Made by a program: the position numbers and the translations under genes. From positions 62,001 to 126,000 of the forward strand of contig MU271187.1 of NCBI GenBank assembly GCA_021432655.1: a stretch of 64,000 bases of DNA. Direction: 5' to 3'. This stretch comes from Atractiella rhizophila. Taxonomy: Eukaryota. This document shows, piece by piece, positions 12,595-25,653 of the stretch (the stretch's first letter is position 1; every line of letters starts with the position of its first letter). The notes beneath the pieces were generated by a model. That model saw only the letters and a program-made list of their open reading frames with translations. It made no database searches and was not told where the DNA came from.

Positions 12595-15014
12595 ATGTCC
12601 TCCTTCCCACCAACCTCTCCCACGCTCCCCTCCCACTCCAACTCCCTCACCTCCTCCACCACCCACGCCTCCTACACCTCCTCAGCCCCAATCATGGCCC
12701 ACCCATCCCCCTCCCTCCCCGCAGGGTACAACCGTCACTCCTTCCTCGACCCACACCAGCCCCTCTCCCCGCCGCCGCCTCATACAACTGCTGACGTGCC
12801 ACTCGGAAGCGCTGGGCTGCCGCAAGGCGCTGCGTATCAGCCGCAGAGGTCGTCTTACATCCCTGATGCTCCAGAAGATGGACGGTATGTCCTTCTTTCT
12901 CTTTCTCCTCTTCATATCATTTCTGGAATGCAATGCTTTTGAAATGATTTGGATGTGTGGAGCGATTGGCGTGTGTGCATGGCTGAAATGGTGTGTGATG
13001 GATGGTGCGTGCTGGTATCAGGTACTCGTACGCCCTCGCACCCGCTCCGCCATCGCCTTCGCCACACAACGGCATCCATTCCGACTTTGCCTATGCGCCC
13101 GAAGGACACTCAAACCATCATGTTGGTAGTGGCAGAGCTGGGGTTGAGGAGGAGGAGAAGAACGAGAAAAGGAGGTGGAGGGAGAAGCAGAGGGAGAGGA
13201 CCGTGGGTCAGTTCTTTAGGGGGTTTAGGACTCCTAATCAGGTTCGTATCTCTTTCTTTCTTTTCTTTTCCCTTTTGGATGTCTTTTGGGGTGTGCGTGT
13301 TTTTGGGTCTGTATCCTCGATGTGTCTTGGGGTATGAAGCGGGAGTATGGGTTCCCTTTGTTCTTGGAATAGGAGGTGTCTTCCCTTTGAGTTTCATGAT
13401 GTAGTGCTGCTCCTACATCATTGATGGTTCATCATTTCACGATGAGAATCGATCACTATATTTTCCGGGACAAGAAATTTCCCTAGAGAATGTTACATGG
13501 ATGAAGTAGTAAAGCATGTTGTGGACTTTGATATTCATAACTGACGATGGTGACCCAAGCTCGCCTATCTCCTCACCGTGGCGCTCCAAGGCCCCATCGT
13601 GCTCACCATGATCTCGATCGTCTTCGCCCGCATACGAGACAACAGTATCCGTACGACGCCCCAACTCCGGTCCATCTCCGTCTACCTCGCCATCTACATC
13701 TTCGGGTGCATCTTCGAGATCGTGGCGGCCGTGGACGCGTTGCGGCTGAAGAACACGATCCAGCTCGTCGCCATCCTCTTCTTCAACATCGCCATCCTCG
13801 TCTATGGTTGCTTGGTCTCTGGACAGGTCGATGATGCGCTTAGACCTAGTTTTGGAAGCACTTGTAGGGAGTTGGCGGATGGGACTGTCGTCGGTAGTGA
13901 TGATAATTTGGTGTGTATTCCTTTCTTTAGCTTGCAATATCGGTTGGTGTGGAGGTGTGTATAGGAAGGAGTGACTGATCGGTTGTGTGGTGAACAGACT
14001 TGTTTTGGCGTCCTCAAGCTGTACAACGAAGTCAAAAAGTTCATCTATGTCATCCCAGCGGTCACTGCTGCCGGCACTGCCGTCTTGGCCTACTTGAGCT
14101 GGTTCGTCGCTCCATCCCTCTTCTCTCATCATGGCGATGTTAACCGTGAGGGAACTGCAGGCGGCTCTTTGCTGAGTTCGGGTGGGACGTGTATCGGCGG
14201 ATCGGCGCGGATATTCAGCTCAAGAGTCCGTTTATCCCTATACAAATGGAGACAGATGATGACGTTGGGTGTAGGGATGTATTTCTACTATCAGATTTAC
14301 GTCTGTCTCCTCAAATTCGACTTTTTCTTCTTCGTCGGATTCACCATCCAATACCTCATCCTCGTCCTCGCCGGATCCAACACCGCCGAGGTACGTCTTC
14401 CCCACCTCCCTCTAACGGCGAGCCCCTGTGGTTGATCAATGTTGCAACTAGTTCGTGGTGACCATCATCGCCTTACCGGTCACTGTGGTCATCATCGTCA
14501 TTGCCGCCATGGCCGTTAGACTGGAGATACGGTCGGTGACCTATATCATCTTTGTCACCGAAGCTTTGGGCCTCGTGGGTCTTTCTTCACATCAGCAGTC
14601 GGCGGAACAACGGGTTGATCGAGAGTGCAGGCATACTTTTGTTACAAGCTCTTCAGGCTGTTCGAGAAGTCGCAGCGCTATAGATATGCGTTCTCAAGGA
14701 GGACACTCGCCATCTTTTCTGGACTTTCTATCAGTCAGTCCTCGTCTGTGCATTCGTTGATTTGAGATTGATTTTCTGGACAGTAATGATGGTTCTTACC
14801 ATCATAGCATCTGTGGTGTGCTATTTGAATTTTGGGAGGGGATTAAAGGACCAGAGTGAGTTCTCCCTCCTCATATCTACGCTATAATTAAGAAGACTGA
14901 CATGCGAAATCAACAGTCCCGCCGTACTTTCCTTCACTCAATCCACTGAAACAGAGGAAGAACGAAGACGAGAAGGAGGAGAACACGAATCAGAGTCGGA
15001 CTAGTCTGGATTGA
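12595..15014 (+). CDS. UPF0658-family multi-pass (Golgi) membrane protein
   Basis: ISVYLAIYIFGCIFEIVAAVDALRLKNTIQ, EFGWDVYRRIGAD, YQIYVCLLKFDFFFFVGFTIQ and CYLNFGRGLK motifs. Multiple introns, including a long one at about 13242-13559. Confidence 0.8.
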
Positions 15015-15305
15015 TTTTCTACATGGACCAACTTGGTAGCTTTGCAGCATTGTCACGATTTCGATTTCGGGAGGGAGAAGGAGAAGGAGAGTCACGAGGC
15101 TCTCAGGATCGGAACCTTGTTTCGTTTCGTCGAATGCTGATCACGAATTGATTGCCGATTCCCTTTCAGTTTCTTGTAGTAGTAGCATCTACTTACTTTA
15201 TTATTCTGTCAATACTATTCCATTGTCACGAAACGAATATCTCACGTAACGAACAATTCTCGATACAACAACTGCCGCAAATCAGTTCCATAAGGAGCCC
15301 GAAAG

Positions 15306-16813
15306 ATGTCCAAGATCGTGTCTCCCTCCCCAGTGCAAGCGAAGGTGCGTACCCTCAATAACAGCGTGTGGAGGCATGGGAAGAGCTGAGAGAGCGCTTT
15401 CGGGAGCAGTCGACGCCTCTGGTGTGCTCCGGTATCCTTCCGCCCTTTTCATCTTCCAGGAATCCCATGGCTGACGCGCCGTCCAATGGATGAGGCCACA
15501 CCCGCCCAGTGATCCAGCTAGAGTTTTCGTCCATATTACCCCCGGATTTGGGAGGCAATTACCTCTTGATTAGCAGCTGTAAAGATGGCAAACCCATGTT
15601 GAGGGATTGGCTTGGAGACTGGGTGGGCACTTTCATCGGTAAGCCCCTTCTTCCATGTTTTCGTCTTGTGGGGAGACGTGTTGAGGACGTATTCGTTGTA
15701 GGTCATAAGGGAGCAGTTTGGAGCTCAAAGTTGTCGCATGACGCCACAAAAGCTGTTACGGGGTCTGCTCACTCCTTTCTTCAATCCATATCTGGGTTGC
15801 ACTGACAGCTGCTTGTATGGACCAGATCGGCAGATTTTACAGCGTGAGCCTCTCCTTTCTAGCATAAGGGAAGCGAATTGGAGACGTGCTTGATAGAAAA
15901 GTTTGGGACACCTCATCAGGAGATGCCCTCCTCACTCTCCCCCATCCTCACATCGTCCGTTCCGTAGCAATATCTCCGTCAGCGAATGCAGTCGCCACAG
16001 GGTGCCAGGACAAGCGTGTTCGAATCTTCGACCTCTCCTCTTCCTCAACGGAAGGGCAGATGTTAGGCTCTGATGCCGAGACTCATACTTCAACGGTTAG
16101 GAGCGTGGTTTGGGACGAGCCACGGCGGCAGGTTATTAGTGCGGGAGAGGACGGGGCCGTCAAGTCCGTTTCTTTGTTTTCCATCTCAAAGGGTTGCTTT
16201 GTTGACGTGGGCGAAGGTGGTGGGACCTCCGCTCTAATGTGCTCGCCCATTCAGTTTCCTATCCAGAACAGATCACATCGCTGGAAAAGCCTTTCGACTC
16301 TTCGCTTCTCAGCCTAGTGACAGGGAAGGATGTGTCGTTCATTGATTTGGATACGTGGGTATTCTCCATTTTTCATACTGTTGTCATGTCAAACGGTGGA
16401 TTAGACAACAAACCTTCCTCTCTCACAAGCTAAATTATAAGCCGACAACGGCGTCGATACACCCAACGTCGCGTTCGACCTTCGTCACTGGATCCTCAGA
16501 AGATGGTTGGGTGCGAGTACATGATGCCGAAACTGGAGTGGAGCGTGAAGTCTACAAGGGCCATCATGGACCTGTTTGGGCTGTAGGTCCTCCTTTCCTC
16601 TCCTTTGCTTGCACTCAAACTGTCCGCTACAGATTTCATATTCACCCGACGGAGAGATGTATGCCAGCGGCTCAGAAGGTGTGCCTTTCCTCTTTTCACG
16701 GTGCAAAAAGATATTTTGCTGACCTTTGGATGCGTAATCCAGATGGCACGATTCGTCTTTGGCAGACATCTCCGAAATCCTATGGCCTTTGGCGACTTCC
16801 AGAGGACAGCTGA
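15306..16813 (+). CDS. STRAP/UNRIP-like WD40 protein
   Basis: [63 protein letters not shown] and DGTIRLWQT match STRAP. Confidence 0.85.
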
Positions 16814-17170
16814 TCATGTCCAGCTCTTGTTTAATCCATCTAATCATCAAGCGAGCAGTTGGTGGTATCGTAAACAGCTAAAGAGACCAAGAAATAAGAT
16901 TGACTAGTGTTTGTACCCAAGACCAAGATCTCCTCATCAATGCAGTTCAAGTCTCATTTCAGTACTCAATAGGCTGGTTACAAAGGCACGGTAATCTTAG
17001 TAGCCGATGACAAGAAGGGGAGTAGTAGAATCACATTTGATAAAGATTTGTTAACATTGTCAAGAGGGCAATGTAATCAAGAAAGTCGAATCGTCGAGAA
17101 CAATTGAGAGAATTATCAAGAGACGATGTTCAAAATCAATAAATCAGAATAAACAAGACTCCAAACCGAT

Positions 17171-18788
17171 CTACCTCTTTCTCTTTCCTCCCACTTTCTT
17201 CCAAAAGTATTGCTTGCCTCCTGCCTTCCTGTTCTCCCTAACAGGTCGGACGAAGTCTACCAATTCCTTCGCTCTTGCCTCATCTGGGTCCTTTTCTGGA
17301 CAATAATAATATGTGCTTTCGATCTCCCTCCCTTCCGCATCCTTCAATCCTTGATTCCCTACCCTCCCAAAGAAGCCTCCGTTCTCCCATCTCTTCCTCA
17401 AAATCGCCAGGCAAGGTTCTCTCCAAATCTCAACAGCCATATCCATATCTTCCTCGGGAGAGACAAGAGTCAGGAGGTCCCTGTTGTTGGAAAGGACTTC
17501 CCGAATCACTTCGCTTTCAGGGACACAGCCTTTAGGGTTGAAGACGATGGCACTGGCTAGCATTCCTTCAAGAGGAATGTTGGACTTGGAGAGGTGAGAG
17601 GAAATTACGGCGCTGTAGTCTTTCTGAGGCGTTGGCGGTTGAGGAGACGGAACAGGGGAGAGAGGGGAGTCTTCCACGATCGATGTCGGCGGTTTGGAAA
17701 CGCGAGTGGGTGTCTTGAGGACATCTGAAGCGGCAGGGGGAAGGATGGTAAGGTTGATGACGACTTGTTTTGCTAGCAGCATTTCAAAGCCCCTATCTTC
17801 CTCTAAATTACGGCAACACCAATCCGCGTCAGCAAGTCTCGGATGATAGTATAGGAACCGACGCACCTTCCCAACTGATCCTAGCTTTCTTCCCGCTCTT
17901 GACAACGTAATCATCGACGGTCACTCCCGCCTTTCCTTCGACCGCCAGTAAGGCGTATCTACCATCTGCCGCTACTCGAAGTGTACAATGACGACGAGAG
18001 ACGTGAGCAAATTTGTTGGGGACAATGAGCATTTCCCCATCTTGTAGTTTCTGCGCCATTGGACGGCCAATCTGGATTTTCTGCGAGGGACGGAGGGAGA
18101 AGTTGATGACGGGGTACTCAGTGCCTTGGAACGTTGTTGTGGCATTATCGCTAACCTCCGCAGATCCTTTTGCCGGTGAGGCTTTATTCTTCCGAGGAGA
18201 GATGATGGTCGGAACCTTGGTAGGGTCCTCTTCCGCTCCGAGACAGTCGGCGTCGGATGGCACGCAGGATGTATCCTCAGAAAAAGTGCCCATCATTGGT
18301 AGAGACATGGGAAGGGAGCCGCAGTCCATTTCGCTGTCGGCCTTTTCATCTGGCGTGAAGTCGCCTGGTATGGAAGTCGGAGGGGAGGAATAGCGACCAC
18401 CGTAGGCAGAGGACGCGAGAGGTGAAGAAGACCCATCTGCAACAACATTGAATCAGCCAATCTGAACCACGACGTGTTGTTTTCAATGTGACGCGTCAAA
18501 CACGCGACAAGCAAGCCAAAATAAACCGCCCCGCAAGGAAAAACAAGAACCCCTTCAAGGCCAAAAAAAAAAAGGGAAAAATGCCCCAAAAACAAAAAAA
18601 AAAAACAAGGCCGGCAAGCAAAACGGAACCGGGTCATCCCCCAAAAACCCCGGGTCCTGGGGTTTGCACCGACTTGGTCATGCCCAACAGTTCGAAAAAG
18701 AACACGCACCATCGACGAACCTCCTCTTTTTCTTTGCAGGCTCGAGTGAGTCCTGTCTCGCGGCCTGAGCGTACGAATCTGAAGCCAT
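17171..18788 (-). CDS. Tos4/Plm2-like FHA-domain protein
   Basis: FHA motifs IQIGR..HVSRRH. C-terminus GLKDAEGREIESTYYYCPEKDPDEAR...RKAGGKQYFWKK is typical of Tos4/Plm2. First exon MASDSY..KKKRR is joined through intron 18437-18709 (inferred). Confidence 0.75.
18491..18507. promoter_or_regulatory. Tandem MCB-like elements (ACGCGT, ACGCGA)
   Basis: ACGCGT at 18491-18496 and ACGCGA at 18502-18507, in the 5' region of a Tos4-like gene. Tos4 is an MBF target in yeasts. Confidence 0.45.
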
Positions 18789-19128
18789 CGCGGTTTTTGG
18801 TGTTGTTTTCTTCGGTTTGTGGTGTGACCTGGGCAGAATTAGGGTTGACCCTACAACTGACCCAAGCAACAATCGGCCAGATCGAACCAGGAACTCTTTC
18901 ACACTCGTCTACTCTTTGTGAAGCCCGTCCCTCGTCTTGAAACGCAGCTTAGACTAGGTGAAGTGGGAGATTTTGAGGCTCAGAGTCTGGAGATCTTGGG
19001 AAACCAACCGGAGTGTGGCGTTGCAGCAAACAAGCGCAACGCAGCGGCATAAGTGCAAAACAAGGGTTGAATCACCAAGGTGTGTCCTGTCAATTTGTGC
19101 TTACTCGGTGGTCAATGTGCGCGTATAG

Positions 19129-22100
19129 ATGCTCCCGACTCCAGACGTGAATAATGGCTCAAGGAGACGTCCCCGCGTGGAAACTCACACCACCACAACG
19201 ACTCATGCTCTCCCCTTTGATCCACTTCCAACCGCCTCAACTTCAATCTCTCTTCCAATGCCTCCAAATGAATCGTCAGCAGACTACTCCGCACTTCACC
19301 TCGCGCCACCAACTGTACGACGCGTCGTTACTACTACAACAACCACCACGCTCACATTCCCACCGCTTCTCATACCACGACCCAAAAGTCCACAACATGT
19401 CGAGCCGCTTGACAAGAAGAAGTACCCGCTTTCTCAAGCTGAGACGCCTTGGAATTTGAGGAGATTTAGAATGGAACAACTTGATGCCGATGGAAGTGAA
19501 GGAGGGACGAGAGGCCTAGTCTACGATCGCGTTGTGCCTAGTCTCCCTTCTGCATTAACTTCAGCGAACGATTTCCCTACCCAACCTCCATCACGAATTA
19601 GATCGCGAGATGAAGCAGAGGTCGTCTTGCCTACTCCTGATGTCTCTTCAGCAAACCTCCCTGCTTTTCGCCTACCTACTTCCCTTTCCCAAGAATCGAC
19701 CAGCGTCAATAGGAATCGACGATCCAGCTCCGCCGTGCCAGCCGTGGTGCGCCGAAGAAAACGGCAAAATTCCAACACCCAGCTTTCAGATGGTCCTCCT
19801 CCGCGCAAGCGACAGCGACAGAGCTCGCCTATCCAACTTCCTGACCCCCACGCCTCTGGGATATCAATCGGAGCAGGACCACGGGGCGGTTCAACCGAGC
19901 TCATCCTCCCTAGCCCGAAGATGTCTCCCCCTTCACCTGTGGAGACTAGTTATGACGATGACGGAGAGGACGAAGCAGAAACAAAAGGCAACTCAAGTCG
20001 GCAGCTCAGTCTTCCTCAGATGGACTCAGGGTTCTTTGAAGAAGGTTTCTCTCGGTATTTTGAGCAATCGAAGGGAAGTGGACTCCAACTGTCCCCCGAT
20101 GGCGCTCTCTCTCTGAGACCTGAACATGCCGCGGGATTACAAGCGATGATGTCTTTGCCCTCTCTCGTGAACAGCTTTTCCACTCTAGCTCCACAAATGC
20201 AGACCTACGTCCTTTTCTCTCTTCTCAAACGGTCACCAGTTTCCGTCCTCCAGAACCTGCATGCCATCATCACCCCTGCTCTCCGCCGCGACTTTCTAAC
20301 CGATCTCCCCCCGGAACTGGCTGTCCTGGTGCTCTCCCATCTGGATGCCAACAGCCTCTGTCGAGCTGCGCAGGTGTCGAAGACGTGGGCCAAGATGATT
20401 GATGGCGAATGGAGAGTCTGGAGGGACCGACTGAGGGCTGATGGATTGTGGCAGGGTCTGGGAGACGAAGAGGCAGAGGTGAATGATGAAGGCTCGGGAC
20501 TTGGAGGTGGGAACGAAAGGAAGAAGAAGAGGGCGGATAAAGAATTCTTGAGGATGTGGTTTTCGGGTATTTGGGATGATATACCAGGGGACGAAAGCGA
20601 GGTTCGGTCTCTCTATATACTTTAAGCTAAGTGCTGATGTACTTTTTTGACCAGTTCGGCGACGAGGACAGGGTGGCACGGGCGAAGAAAGTCGACTATC
20701 TGCTTGCTCGCAGATCCAACGAGCGCAAATGTGAGCTTATAAAGCGGATCGCTAACGCTTCGAAACGACCCCTCCCGCAATTCAACATCCACTACGTTCA
20801 TCCCTATAAGCTTCTCTACCGACGGCGTTTCGTTTCTAGAAGAAACTGGATGGATCGTGAGCCGGGAAGGATGGGATTTCAGGGCCATGCCATCAACGTT
20901 ATCACCTGTCTACAATTCGATGAACATCGGATTGTTTCTGCTTCCGATGATCATAATATCAACGTCTACGATACCAAGACCGGAGAACTCAGCAAATCTC
21001 TCGTCGGTCACGAAGGCGGAGTCTGGGCACTCGAATACATTGGTAACACTTTGGTTTCTGGTTCAACGGATCGGACGGTGCGAGTGTGGAATCTTGAAAC
21101 GGAGAAGAACACACATGTTTTTCTGGGCCACACATCAACTGTTCGTTGTCTTCAGATCGTTCGACCGGTCAATGTTCAGCATGACCCCAACGGTCCACCT
21201 GTGTGGGAACCTCCATATCCTATCATTGTCACAGGCTCGAGGGACTATACCCTCCGGATGTGGAAACTACCCGGTATCAACGATGACTGGTACATCCCTG
21301 ACATCCCAGATAGTCCAAACGCGGAGAATGTGCACTTCGAAGAGAACCCATTCCATATACGCCTCCTCAAAGGCCATCATCACGCCGTGCGAGCGCTGGC
21401 AGCTAAAGGACGAACCCTCGTTTCTGGCAGCTACGATTACGATTGTCGAGTCTGGGATATAATGACAGGAGAGTGTATTCGAGTGCTGAAAGGCCACACC
21501 CAAAAGGTTTACTCTATCGTCTTGGACGACGAGGCTAAGATGTGTATGTCCGGAAGCATGGATGGCACTGTTAGGGTCTGGGACATTGATACCGGAGAGG
21601 TGGCGCACATTTTGGAAGGGCATTCGTCCCTCGTCGGACTTCTTGGCCTCTCCAAACATCTCCTCGTTTCTGCTGCTGCCGACTCAACGCTTCGGCTCTG
21701 GCGACCCCACTCTGGGCAACACCTCCAGACCTTGGCTGCTCACTCTGGCGCTATAACTTGCTTCAAGCACGACGATATGAAAGTTGTGTCTGGCAGTGAC
21801 GGCGTGCTCAAATTGTGGGACATAAAAGGAGGGAGGGAGCCGAAGGATCTCCTTACGAATCTTGCGGGGGTATGGCAGGTAGGATTCGACGACCGATTTT
21901 GCGTCGCTGCAGTGCAACGGAATGGGAGGAGCGAGTTCGAGATTCTTGATTTCGGGAAGGAGATCGACGAAATGTACGAGGATGAGAAGTTTGAGGAGGA
22001 ACCAGATCCTTTCGAGTTCGTGGGGAAAGACGAACCTGCTAGGATAGCGTGGAAGGATGACGCCGATAGGATGAACTTAGCTGAGAAGAGGAGGAGGAGG

Positions 22101-22421
22101 AGGATAAGCTCGGGTGACAATTTCGAGCTGGATTGGATGTCGGCAGAGGGTGGGAAAGGCAGTCAGACCCTCCTGAGGAGGATGGAAATGCTGTCGAACG
22201 ATATCGAAATGTGGAGGAGAGGTGGTCCCTTACATGGCGAAGGCGACGAAGAAGAAAGGGAAATTAAGGAGGAGGAGGATGAATTCGACGCTGATAATCC
22301 TCCGATCAAAGAGGAAGAACCAGAAGGATTCGAAGAGAACCACGAAGAAGACGATGACATGTATGTCATCAAGGAAGAGGAGGATTATGGTGATGAAGAC
22401 GAGTTTTATGATGAAGTATAG
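19129..22421 (+). CDS. CDC4: F-box/WD40 SCF substrate receptor Cdc4/Fbw7
   Basis: D-domain plus F-box RRDFLTDLPPELAVLVLSHLD; WD40 repeats VITCLQFD, GHEGGVWALEY, GHTSTVRCL, GHSSLVGLL. Intron 20602-20654. Confidence 0.92.
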
Positions 22422-22817
22422 AGCAATGGGTTTGTGAAGTATTTCGTTCCCGTTCTATGGTCACACAATGTGGTTGCTCGATTGATTGGAATTTTGTTTG
22501 CCTATTTCATTGTTCCTAGTTTTCATTCATCCCATCTTTCTGGATTGTTCACTCGACGTCGTTTTCAGTGGTCACTCACGCACAACGAAGTCTCCACCAT
22601 GTTAATACGTATTCTACTCATAAATCATCACTTACTCTTTGCCAATTGTTCGTGCCTTTTGAGAACTAAGCAATGAATGTCGTCTGCTTTGCTTCTCCAA
22701 ATCATGTTCCGTGTCATTCTAACCCCCTCAAGCTCCTCCTTGTGGCTCAGACGCGGAGAGATAGTCGATTTTGCAGCGCGACAAAGAGTTGACTTGACTT
22801 TGAAGCTTTGTATGGAA

Positions 22818-24836
22818 TTACCAGCGAATATCGAGTTGCAACTCGCTGTTATACTTCAACCCTTTGTAAACATTGTATCCCTCGTTTGTCAACTTCAAGG
22901 CTTGTACTTTGATATTTGATATGGCCTGAAAGGGAATGAAGCTCTTGACGGTGAAGGAACTCGCTGGAGTCGAAAGTGTGGATGAAGATTCCCAAGTTCC
23001 TTTGAGAGAGGGCGGCCGTTCCGCCGCTGAGAGGGATGGAATTGACCACGTCAGAACCTTCATCACAATTAGTCAGTTGAACACTTGGTGTAGATAAAGA
23101 AAGTGTCTCACATGAGTTGTGGGATCAAACTCCCATCTTCCGCCTCGCGGAATAGCTTTCTTTCCATTAGAAGACCGAGAATCACGGAATGCCATCCCAC
23201 CACCACCAGCGCTAATGGTCGCAGCAACTCCATCTGCTTCCTCTCCAAGGAAAAAAGTGATTTCGGTATCCTCGATCTCTTGTGACGGTGACAGACGAGA
23301 GGCAATGGTGATGTTGAATGAACCTGGATTATCATGACCCCGTTTGCGTCTACTATGAGGGGACAATAACATACCTCCAGCAGAGCCTGTGGTAATCTGA
23401 GAGTTAATCCGAAGAGGAAAGATACCACTGCCGTGAGGCAGCATGCCAGTATTACCGATGGGGAAGGCATTGAGGAACCCAGGGGATCCGTAACGATAAG
23501 TCAGGAGAGTGAACTTGCTGTATTCTCACTTGAGCACCCAGAGTACAAATCATAATGAAGTTGAAGCTACCCATCTGGTGGTACAAATGAGACGAGTCGC
23601 TCTTTCGCCCATTTCTGGTATCTGAACTTACAATTAGTCTCGTGAAAGGATAAAACAAAACGGCTCACCGGACACATGAATGAAACGCTACGTCTTGGAG
23701 TACTGACGGCTCAGCGAACGCTAACAAAAGATCGGGCATTCCTTGATCAATGTCAACTGTTTGCACCATGAGCCAGATCTGCAAAGAACGACTTGCCTGA
23801 GAGTTTTGAATTGGTGTTGACTTTTCCTGTTATACTTCCAGTGACAAAATTTCCGTTCCTGATACCACAGAACTCAGTGCTAATGATAGAGGCGAAGGAA
23901 TTCAGACCTATCCAAGATTCCTTGTAAACGCTCAACAATATCGACAAAAATCTCGTTTTGAGAATAACGAATGCCAAGTCGACGCCATGGTATCGGGGAC
24001 GAAAAGATGTTGGATGAAGGGCTGGAGCTAGCTAATGGTGGAAGACTGCTTTCGTTGAGCTGCCCTTCGGTGAAGTTAAGAAACTAATACCCAGGTACAT
24101 TCGCGGCAGTGAGCACTTTGGACATCAGCGACGGAGGGGCGACAAGATCTTTGACAGTTGACTACGGCAATAGCAATAAGGATTTATCCGAATTCAGAAG
24201 GAAAGTGCTCACAAATTCTGTGGTCAGTGGAATGCCGCCGTGAAGAACCTCCTCGAACAGCTCGTATACCACGTCAAAGCAGTCTTTCACTCTCGTTTCC
24301 GTTAGTGGAGATCCGCAGTAGTTCTCTAAAAGATTTGCAAGCTGGTCGAGAAATGCAAAGGGAATTGATAGGTCAACTGTTGGACATATCAATAAAGAAC
24401 TCAATTGGAAAGAAAAGGTGAACCATTCTCTTTCACGCAAACCAGTATCCGGACATCTCCACGGATTGTGTGGCACACAGCACACCCTGAAGTTCCTCCC
24501 TCTCTCGTATGTCGCATCACTTCTCTAGCGCGCTCGACACTGCGTCTGCCCCAATGCGGTTCGTCATCATTATCGTCCGATTCTTCCGATTCTTCAGACT
24601 CAGAAGCTCCAGAGTCCCCGGAGAAAGTTGCTAATTGTAGAGAAGGTATCCACAGGACGTTCTGAGGTTCTGAAGTGGAAAGGGAAGCGTTGAGTGCGTC
24701 CAAGGCTGTCAAAGGGATGGTGGTAGATGTGAACGTCGATTGGAGAATCAGTTTTCTATTCGCAGCGTCGATCTCAGCGCACAATGGGATCCAACAAAGC
24801 TTACCCAGAATTGCTTGCAAGTAGAACCCCTTCCAT
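22818..24836 (-). CDS. Adaptor complex medium chain, AP-3 mu-like
   Basis: Longin domain (FDVVYELFEEVLHGGIPLTTE), IPWRRLG, NSKLSGMPDL, FHSCVR..SFVPPDG and C-terminal ISNIKVQALKL..YKGLKY..IRW*. Confidence 0.85.
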
Positions 24837-25653
24837 CGCAGCAGAGCCCAATCTAACTGAATTGTAATAATCTGGCTGCTGGGACACGGGCGGAAACTAT
24901 GATCGGTGGTCTCAAAACTACCAGGCCCCTGAACGTCCTGACTCCTGAGCGCCTGAGCTGCGATGACCGACCGAGATGATCGATCCAAAGTATTGATTGA
25001 GCGGACAGGAAGGCAGGATATACTTCAGTGGTTCCGTGAGGTAAGTTCTAATAAGTCTCACTCTTTCAGCTCTTCCGCGGCTACATGACTTTCGGCGTGT
25101 GGCCGTGAGCGGGCGTTCTAAAGGCACCGACGAATGGCATGCAGAAGTGTACCACTAGAAAAGTACTGTGATGCAGTGGATTGTTCTATTATGGAAAGCG
25201 GCATTCCTGCTATCTCATCAGAGATTTCGGATAAACACTGAAGAATAGTTTTGGTGTCTGAGATCTCGTTCGGTTTCCCAAGGGTTTGCTGAATCCGAAG
25301 GTTTTTTAATGCCTTTTAGTGTAATTACTTCTGATCTGACATTGTTTAAACAATGTATTGCTTTGTTAGTATTCCCACTACACTTAGGTGGGCCATACTT
25401 ACTTGCAACTCCTGGGTGAAATCTCTTTCGTATTTATCGACAGAATCCTGCATTTGGACATTTTCCCCCTCCAGTAATTCAGTCTTGTCACCTTTCCTTT
25501 GCAAAAGACAGTACCCACCAAGTCTCCTCGAGTTTATGACAACCTCACATCGCATGTGTATTCACTCACTCTTTCCATACAGTCAGGAGCGCTTCGCAGT
25601 GTGGCCAATCCATTCAACATTCAAAGACTTGAACACCCTAACGAAGGAACAGA

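Noticed and set aside
18515..18670. Dense homopolymer runs and the Lys-rich ORF 18488..18940
   Set aside because: The A/C/G run pattern looks like low-quality consensus or low-complexity intron sequence; the ORF is a by-product.
25346..25555. QDSVDKYERDF, faintly like a Ty3/gypsy Gag motif, next to an F-box gene
   Set aside because: Only about 10 residues, on the opposite strand, with no other retroelement features.
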